DNA from: an uncultured Gammaproteobacteria bacterium
GTDB lineage: Bacteria; Pseudomonadota; Gammaproteobacteria; SZUA-229
Direction: 5' to 3'
Length of the DNA: 64,000 nt
NCBI GenBank assembly: GCA_963759005.1
Contig: CAVWXQ010000005.1
Location: 14,546-78,545 of the forward strand
The notes under the pieces are model-generated. The model did not search any database. It saw only the letters and a program-made list of their open reading frames with translations, and was not told the DNA's origin. Below, in pieces: positions 57,330 to 64,000 of this stretch. The number at the start of each line of letters is the position of its first letter. Position 1 is the first letter of the stretch. A program made the translations under genes and the position numbers.

Positions 57330-59390
57330 AAGGAGTCTCTCTGGTTATTGCTGATTCTTATTTTGACAGTTCCTGATATTTTTGCTGGAGAAACCATTCA
57401 TCACGAATTACATGTCAAGCTTCGTCCGATTGATGCCAGCATTAGCGTCACCGCAACCGTGCAACTGCCAGCAGGGTCTAACACTGCAGAATTTTCGCTG
57501 CGAAACGGTTTGACTGTAAAAGCTAGCGGTCTTGAACTCACCTTACTCGGTGAATCCGAATCAGGACGTTTGCGCCACTATCGAATTAACAGACTGCCAG
57601 CTGATGGAAAGGTTCAGCTCAGCTATGAAGGCAAAATAGTATCAGGAGAAATCGAGGACCCATTCGGCATGCCTGAATCGGTATTAAACACAGAGAATGT
57701 ATACCTTGATAAACGCAGCGCCTGGATACCAGACTTTGATGGTCACCCGTTGTTTACATTCAGTTTACAGGTAGATGCGCCGCAAGACTGGCAAATAATC
57801 AGCCAGGGCAAACGTATCGAAGTAACCGGTGGTTACCATTTTGACATGCCGCAGCCACAGGATGAAATTTACCTGTTAGCTGGATCTTACCAGCGATTCT
57901 CGAAAAGACACAATGGCATCGAGATCGAGGTTTATCTGTTTCAGGCAGATACAGCACTGGCAGAAAAATACCTGAAAAACTCTGCCGACTATATCGACAT
58001 GTATAACGACTGGATCGGCCGATACCCTTATGCCAAATTTGCCATCGTGGAAAATCGCTGGCAAACAGGCTATGGTATGCCTTCCTTTACCCTGCTCGGA
58101 TCAAAAGTGATACGACTGCCGTTCATTCTGAGCACATCACTGCCACACGAAATTCTGCATAACTGGTGGGGTAACGGTGTCTATATCGATTTCTCTAAAG
58201 GCAACTGGAGCGAAGGTCTGACTGCCTACATGTCTGACCACTTTAGTAGTGAACAGCAAGGCAAGGGCGACGAATACCGTCGCAAAGCACTTGAACGTTA
58301 CGCAAACTTTGCCGCTGAGCAAGGTGATTTTGCGCTTACTGACTTCCGCTCACGACATGATGATGCCAGCCAGGCAATTGGTTACAGTAAATCGCTAATG
58401 CTGTTCCACATGTTACGAACCCGGTCAGGTGATGAGGCATTTAAAAATAATATTAGACAGTTCTGGCAGCGTTACCAGTTCAACTATGCGAACTTCCTTG
58501 ATGTTATCAAGCAACTGTATGCCGATAATAATAATGATAGCTACAGGCTTTTTCTTGAGCAATGGTTGTACAGGACAGGCGCGCCTGAATTATTTCTGGA
58601 TAATGTTAGTGTCAACAGGCTAGATGATAGCTATTTACTATCGATCAATATCAGTCAGCAACAACAGGGCCCCGCTTATCAGTTGCAGATACCGCTTGAG
58701 GTATCACTTCAAGGTAAATCACAGGTTTTGCGCGAGACTATTTTCCTGACAGAAAAAAACAATGTGTTTACCTTTAACTATAAACAAGACCCACAGTCGG
58801 TAACACTGGACCCAAATTACGATGTATTTCGACTATTACATGCTAACGAGCGCCCTGCTACCTTAGGTCGTTTGTTTGGCGCAAAAAAACAATATCTGGT
58901 ATTGCCCGCAAATGCACCTGCAGAACAGATCAAAGCATGGCAGTTATTAGCCGCTTCATGGTCCAGGCGGTATCATAATATAGAGCTGCTGTTTGATAAC
59001 GAGAATGCAAATGAAATGAAGGCACTAGCAGAAGATGCAGCAGTCTGGTTGCTGGGCTGGAATAACAAATGGTTAAAAGATAAACGGCAATATCTGACTT
59101 CGACATCACTAACGCATTCACAAACGCTATCAGCTCACACAGTAACAATAGACAAGCAACAGCTATTTGCTAATAAACACGCCGTAGTGCTACTTGATGC
59201 GGACAATAGTCACACTCCGTTGGGTTTTATTGGTGCGGAAAATCCTGAAGTAATCGCTTTACTAGCAAGAAAGTTACCTCATTACAGCAGTTATGGAATG
59301 CTCGCATTCGAATTGCCTGAAGTGAACAATATAATAAAGCGACGCCTTCCCGTACTTAAATCACCGATGGCCTGGAAACCAGATCAATGA
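57282..59390 (+). CDS. M1-family zinc metallopeptidase (aminopeptidase N-like) with signal peptide
   Basis: HEILHNWWGNGV-x-E is the HExxH(x18)E gluzincin motif. An upstream GYGMP exopeptidase-like motif (GAMEN equivalent) is present. Confidence 0.7.
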   Translation: MRLNMMINSFYFARRHKESLWLLLILILTVPDIFAGETIHHELHVKLRPIDASISVTATVQLPAGSNTAEFSLRNGLTVKASGLELTLLGESESGRLRHYRINRLPADGKVQLSYEGKIVSGEIEDPFGMPESVLNTENVYLDKRSAWIPDFDGHPLFTFSLQVDAPQDWQIISQGKRIEVTGGYHFDMPQPQDEIYLLAGSYQRFSKRHNGIEIEVYLFQADTALAEKYLKNSADYIDMYNDWIGRYPYAKFAIVENRWQTGYGMPSFTLLGSKVIRLPFILSTSLPHEILHNWWGNGVYIDFSKGNWSEGLTAYMSDHFSSEQQGKGDEYRRKALERYANFAAEQGDFALTDFRSRHDDASQAIGYSKSLMLFHMLRTRSGDEAFKNNIRQFWQRYQFNYANFLDVIKQLYADNNNDSYRLFLEQWLYRTGAPELFLDNVSVNRLDDSYLLSINISQQQQGPAYQLQIPLEVSLQGKSQVLRETIFLTEKNNVFTFNYKQDPQSVTLDPNYDVFRLLHANERPATLGRLFGAKKQYLVLPANAPAEQIKAWQLLAASWSRRYHNIELLFDNENANEMKALAEDAAVWLLGWNNKWLKDKRQYLTSTSLTHSQTLSAHTVTIDKQQLFANKHAVVLLDADNSHTPLGFIGAENPEVIALLARKLPHYSSYGMLAFELPEVNNIIKRRLPVLKSPMAWKPDQ

Positions 59391-59442
59391 AATCCTGGCG
59401 TCTGAATCCTGGATTTTTAGTCTACCGACTATTTACTCTGCT

Positions 59443-59485
59443 ATAAAAAAACAGAGGGCAGTATCAAAACCTTTTGATACCGCCC
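59443..59485 (-). terminator. Terminator hairpin (CAGAGGGCGGTATCAAAAGG...CCTTTTGATACTGCCCTCTG) with T7 on the minus strand
   Basis: Long perfect stem. It lies 47 nt after the stop of the minus-strand gene 59532..59900. Confidence 0.6.
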
Positions 59486-59531
59486 TCTGCAATCTACAAT
59501 GAAACCAGAGGTAATACAATCAAGGACAATA

Positions 59532-59900
59532 CTATCTTTGAGCACTCATGGGGGCATTTGGCTCAACCTCAGCCATTGCACTCTCTACTTCACGTGCTTC
59601 CATAGCTGCACCAACGTCTTCCAGAGTCACCGCCATTTCAGCGCCGACGTCTGCTATATCTCCACCCATTTCAGTGCCTGCATTTCCTACATCAGTATCG
59701 CTTGTTTCCATTGCGCTGCCCACATCGATGGTATCGCCACCCATATCGTCAAAGGTCATGTCGAGATGAACATCGGATATATTCTCTTCGATCATCTCAT
59801 AAACATCCGCATCGACAATATCGGCAGCGGGATGATGTGCAAATGCTGCGGTGCTACCCATTGCCATAATGATTGCAGTACTTAGTAATAATTTATTCAT
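59532..59900 (-). CDS. Secreted acidic Met/His-rich repeat protein (possible periplasmic metal-binding protein)
   Basis: Signal peptide ...STAAFA, then HHPAAD, then repeats DVGSAMET / DVGNAGTEMGGD / DVGAEMA / DVGAAMEA. Confidence 0.45.
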   Translation of the reverse strand: MNKLLLSTAIIMAMGSTAAFAHHPAADIVDADVYEMIEENISDVHLDMTFDDMGGDTIDVGSAMETSDTDVGNAGTEMGGDIADVGAEMAVTLEDVGAAMEAREVESAMAEVEPNAPMSAQR

Positions 59901-60270
59901 GTATTTAACTCTCTATAAAATGTTATCGTGTCTAATTTTAATTTATGATCGTGGATTTATTTCCCACATGCACTTCATTATGCGTGGTAATTTTTCCCAC
60001 GTCAAATGTTTTTTAATCAGAAATAAATAAATAATTCCCGCTATTCATTCGTTTTATTGATAAAAATCAAAAAAACTGAATATAGTACGGATGTGGTGCT
60101 GAAATAAAAGGGCTCGAAGCAAACCTGAATTCCAATCTCTGATGAAAAAGTGTCCGTTAAACTTGGGGAGGTTCATCTTGTCCCCCTATATGTTGTTAAT
60201 AAATAGTATGCGAATTTAATTTAAGTTTGTCCTGTTTCAGCCGCTAAATGCTATAGATAATCTAAAACAT

Positions 60271-61543
60271 GTGTCGACAACCAGACTCACTGGTTCAGTA
60301 TTCACACATACTCACAACATGGGGATACAGATAATAATGCAAAATGCATTTGTTGGCCGGCAACCAATTTTTGACCAGAACAAAGTAGTTTATGCTTATG
60401 AGCTACTGTTTCGTAATGGCATACAAACCAATGCCGGTGTTATCGATGGTAATCAGGCTAGTACACAGGTAATGCTCAATGCATTAACTGAATTTGGACT
60501 CGACAATATCGTCGGCAACAATCTCGCTTTCATAAACCTGACTCAGGAACTACTGATTGACGATTTAATCCAGGTACTGCCACAAGAACGCGTGGTTCTG
60601 GAAGTACTGGAAAATGTCGCCGTTAATGAACAGCTAATTGACGCCGTCCGTAAACTATCCAGCCAGGGTTATATTATTGCGCTGGATGATTTTGTCTATA
60701 GTGAGCAATGGCGACCGCTGGTTGAGATTGCCGATATCATCAAGCTGGATGTGATGGCCATGGAAAATAGTGAAATAGAGGAACTGGTACAATTTCTACG
60801 TCCATTCAACAAACTTTTGCTGGCTGAAAAAATCGAGACCATTGAACAATTCACCTACCTTAAGAGTCTGAATTTCGACTACTACCAGGGATATTTCCTT
60901 AGCAAACCTTCCATTGTGGAGGGAAAACGCACACCAACCAATAAGATATCTATTCTGCAGCTACTGGCAAAGCTGGCCAGTCACCGACCCTGTTCATGCC
61001 GAAATTGAGACACTCATCACACAGGATGTTTCCCTGAGTTATAAAATATTGCGTTTTATTAATTCCGCCCATTTTGCTCTGCCAAGAAAAATAGAGTCAA
61101 TCAAGGAAGCGATTCTTTATCTTGGTCTCAGTAACATCCGCCGTATTGCTTCGATGATAGCGATGACCGGGTTCAACGATCAACCGCACGAAATACTCCT
61201 TACGGCACTGCTCAGAGCACGCATGTGTGAGTTGCTGGCAGAAGCCGCAGGCTATGACAACACAGATACCTGTTTCACCCTGGGACTATTTTCCGCACTG
61301 GACATAATGTTAGTCATGCCAATGAAAAAGGTAGTGAGAGAACTGCCTTTAGGTGAAGATCTGGAGCACGCATTAGTCGGCGGTTGTGGTGATTTAAGTA
61401 GCGCTCTGAGATGTGTACTGGCTTACGAACGTCAACAATGGACTGATATAAAATTTGCCGAACTAAGTGGAAATGAGATCAGTCGCATTTATCTCAAGGC
61501 CGTGCAGTGGAGCAACGAAGCAGGCAGGTCAATGCGAACATGA
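60271..61543 (+). pseudogene. EAL (c-di-GMP phosphodiesterase) - HDOD fusion gene with a +1 frameshift near 60985
   Basis: ORF 60271..61008 has VGRQPIFD...YELLFR (EAL). ORF 60914..61543 has ..DVSLSYKILRFINSAHF (HDOD). The two frames meet at ...ISILQLLAKLASH|DPVHAEIETLITQDV. Confidence 0.6.
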
Positions 61544-61796
61544 ATAGTAAATAAAAGCACAAACAAAAATAAACGAAGACATCAGCTACAGATCATTTGT
61601 TCATCTTACACCGAGACCATCGGCGACAAATCACAATGCTCATCATTGCACCAATATTATTATTTAACCAGCCGTCACTTTAGTTTAAACTTAAAGATCG
61701 AGAAACTTAAGTTTCCGTCTTGAAACTAAAAAGAGCTATATTTTTTATCTTCAATTTCAACTTCTTCCCCCACACTTTCTACTGAGAAAATAAAAA

Positions 61797-62867
61797 ATGA
61801 CACAAGTATTGGATGTAGTAAAAGCCGGCGTAGTGACCGGTGATGATGTACAAAAACTTTTACAGGTTGCCAAAGATGAAGGTTTTGCCCTGCCGGCAGT
61901 CAATGTAGTCGGTTCCGATTCGATAAATGCCGTACTGGAAGCAGCGGCCAAAGCCAAATCACCGGTAATGGTGCAATTCTCCAGCGGCGGTGCTGGCTTC
62001 TATGCTGGTAAAGGTTGTCCAGCGGATAATCCGATGGTAATAGGAGCGGTTGCCGGTGCTCAACATGTACATGCCATGGCCGCGGCTTACGGCGTACCGG
62101 TCATCCTGCATACCGATCATGCCGCGCGTAAACTGCTGCCCTGGGTTGATGGCATGCTGGATGCGGGCGAAGCCTATTACGAAAAACATGGCAAACCTCT
62201 GTTTAGTTCACACATGCTCGATCTCTCTGCCGAACCGCTTGAGGATAACATAGTTATCTGTGAACAGTATCTGGCACGCATGAGTAAAATCGGTATGACT
62301 CTGGAAATCGAATTAGGCGTTACCGGTGGTGAAGAAGATGGTGTGGATAACACGCATCTCGACAACGCCTCGCTTTACACTCAACCAGAGGATGTGGCCC
62401 TGGCCTATGAACGTCTGAGTAAGATTAGCGACAAATTCACCATCGCAGCTTCCTTCGGCAACGTGCATGGTGTCTATAAACCCGGCAATGTACATTTAAC
62501 CCCCAAGATTCTGGACAACTCACAAAAATATGTTCAGCAGAAATTCTCTACCGGTGAGCGCCCACTTAATCTGGTATTCCACGGTGGTTCAGGTTCTGCC
62601 CGTGAAGAAATTCGCGAAGCCATTTCTTATGGTGTTATAAAAATGAATATCGATACCGATACGCAATGGGCTGCCTGGGATGGCGTTCGCGCTTATGAAG
62701 CAGAACACCATGATTACCTGCAAAGCCAGATCGGTAACCCGGACGGTGACGACAAACCAAACAAAAAAATATACGACCCACGCATGTGGTTACGTGCCGG
62801 TGAAGAAGCCATGGTAAAGCGTTTGCTGGCCGCATTCGAAGACCTGAACTGCATGAATCGAAACTGA
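61797..62867 (+). CDS. fbaA: Class II fructose-bisphosphate aldolase
   Basis: Collinear with E. coli FbaA (GDDVQK..QVAKE..FALPAVN, HTDHAA, GGEEDGVDN, HGGSGS). Confidence 0.9.
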   Translation: MTQVLDVVKAGVVTGDDVQKLLQVAKDEGFALPAVNVVGSDSINAVLEAAAKAKSPVMVQFSSGGAGFYAGKGCPADNPMVIGAVAGAQHVHAMAAAYGVPVILHTDHAARKLLPWVDGMLDAGEAYYEKHGKPLFSSHMLDLSAEPLEDNIVICEQYLARMSKIGMTLEIELGVTGGEEDGVDNTHLDNASLYTQPEDVALAYERLSKISDKFTIAASFGNVHGVYKPGNVHLTPKILDNSQKYVQQKFSTGERPLNLVFHGGSGSAREEIREAISYGVIKMNIDTDTQWAAWDGVRAYEAEHHDYLQSQIGNPDGDDKPNKKIYDPRMWLRAGEEAMVKRLLAAFEDLNCMNRN

Positions 62868-62891
62868 TAGTGGAAACATATTTATTCGGCT

Positions 62892-62947
62892 CAGAGAGTA
62901 ACATGTTCAAAAATTAGAACCAGTTACTCTCTGAACCAGTATTTTTA
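62892..62947 (+). terminator. Probable terminator after fbaA (CAGAGAGTAAC...GTTACTCTCTG + T5)
   Basis: 11-bp stem with a 20-nt loop. The T-run begins 8 nt after the stem. Confidence 0.4.
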
Positions 62948-63060
62948 TGCATAAAAATATCGATTAGAAAAACAGCTTATTAATATTAAATTAGACTTCT
63001 AAAAGAGGGCTTCAGTGCTATTTTTATTTGTGCCGAAGAACGACAGCCCCGGTTGCAGCA

Positions 63061-64000
63061 ATAATGATAAAAGATATACTGGATGAAACATTTAGCATCG
63101 TGCTGGCAGGTGGCCACGGCTCTCGCCTCAAGCCACTGACCAATGAACGTGCCAAACCAGCTGTGCCCTTTGGTGGCAAATACCGAATTATCGATTTCAC
63201 CCTGTCCAACTGCCTGCATTCTGGTCTGCGTCGTATCCTGGTATTAACACAGTACAAGTCCCACTCACTGCAGGAGCATCTGCGTGATGGCTGGTCCATC
63301 TTTAACCCGGAGCTCAATGAATATATTACCCCTGTACCACCGCAGATGCGTACCGGTGAAAAATGGTATGCCGGCACCGCCGATGCAATTTATCAGAACC
63401 TCAATCTGCTGGAAGAAAGTAATGCGAAATACGTAATTATCCTGTCGGGTGATCACATCTACCGCATGGATTACGCTGCCATGCTCGAATACCACACCCA
63501 ACAAAACGCAGTAGCCACGGTAGCCTGCATGGAAGTAGCACTGGATGAGGCACGCGGTTTTGGCGTTATGTCGATAGATAAAAATCAACGGATTCTGGCT
63601 TTTGAAGAAAAACCGGACGAGCCCCAGTGTCTGCCAGATAACCCGCAGTGTGCGCTAGCTTCAATGGGTATCTATGTTTTTAATCTGCAACTGCTGGTGG
63701 ATGAACTGAAACGGGATTTCGATGCCCCCAACTCTAGCCATGACTTTGGTAAAGACATCCTGCCGCACCTCATCGACGAACAGCCGGTGTTTGCCTACCC
63801 CTTCGGCAGCCAGGAAGGTCGTGTCTCCCAGGATCGCTACTGGAAAGACGTCGGTACCCTGGACGCCTACTACGAAGCCAATATCGCCCTTCTGGAACCC
63901 GTACCACCACTTAACCTGTACCAGCGTGACTGGCCCATCCGTAGCTATCTGCCGCAAAGCCCGCCGGCTCGCACTGTACCCGGACCGGACGGACACGACG
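63061..64000 (+). CDS. glgC: Glucose-1-phosphate adenylyltransferase, 3'-truncated by window end
   Basis: [50 protein letters not shown] is the classic GlgC N-terminus. It is open to the window end. Confidence 0.85.
   Translation, partial: MMIKDILDETFSIVLAGGHGSRLKPLTNERAKPAVPFGGKYRIIDFTLSNCLHSGLRRILVLTQYKSHSLQEHLRDGWSIFNPELNEYITPVPPQMRTGEKWYAGTADAIYQNLNLLEESNAKYVIILSGDHIYRMDYAAMLEYHTQQNAVATVACMEVALDEARGFGVMSIDKNQRILAFEEKPDEPQCLPDNPQCALASMGIYVFNLQLLVDELKRDFDAPNSSHDFGKDILPHLIDEQPVFAYPFGSQEGRVSQDRYWKDVGTLDAYYEANIALLEPVPPLNLYQRDWPIRSYLPQSPPARTVPGPDGHD

Noticed and set aside
1-64000. CRISPR arrays, tRNA/rRNA genes, prophage or integrase/transposase genes
   Set aside because: No regularly spaced direct repeats, no tRNA-like T-arm or acceptor patterns, and no integrase or transposase-like translation were found. 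The mobile elements present are non-autonomous.

Overview
This is a 64 kb chromosomal segment of a gammaproteobacterium with roughly 41% GC, densely coding on both strands. Recognisable housekeeping genes show E. coli-like local synteny: nemA, tal, tesA divergent from ybbA-ybbP, the NfeD/SPFH pair ybbJ-qmcA, fbaA and a 3'-truncated glgC at the window end. No rRNA, tRNA, CRISPR array, prophage or intact IS transposase was found. Three things stand out.

(1) There are at least four families of short palindromic MITE-like repeats. Their insertion junctions are reconstructable from the sequence and are 4-bp YTAR target duplications (CTAG or TTAA), which is typical of mobilisation by an IS5-type transposase. 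Copies sit on stop codons, in a promoter region, and two different elements interrupt the same DnaQ-like exonuclease gene.

(2) There are unusually many broken genes: three apparent frameshifts (a FliK-like gene, a Zn alcohol dehydrogenase and an EAL-HDOD gene), a SPOR-domain gene with two in-frame TAG codons, and a ybbP 3' fragment duplicated elsewhere. This is either genome decay (host-restricted lifestyle?) or indel-prone sequencing.

(3) Several poorly characterised modules are present: an anciently duplicated two-gene cassette (hypothetical protein plus DUF4332-type HhH protein) preceded in both copies by the same CAATTG-rich palindromic operator; two paralogous 35-39 aa single-TM peptides; an exported Pcm-like methyltransferase translationally coupled to a polytopic spermidine-synthase-like membrane protein; a methyltransferase-membrane-DHH phosphoesterase operon; an orphan FliK-like/FlhB-C pair; a CarH/LitR-like B12-binding MerR regulator flanked by peroxidases and a CIA30-SDR-flavin reductase operon; and two 85%-identical TusE/DsrC-like genes with duplicated upstream sequence.

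All calls rest on reading the translations and the nucleotide sequence by eye. Hand-derived coordinates may be off by a few bases.
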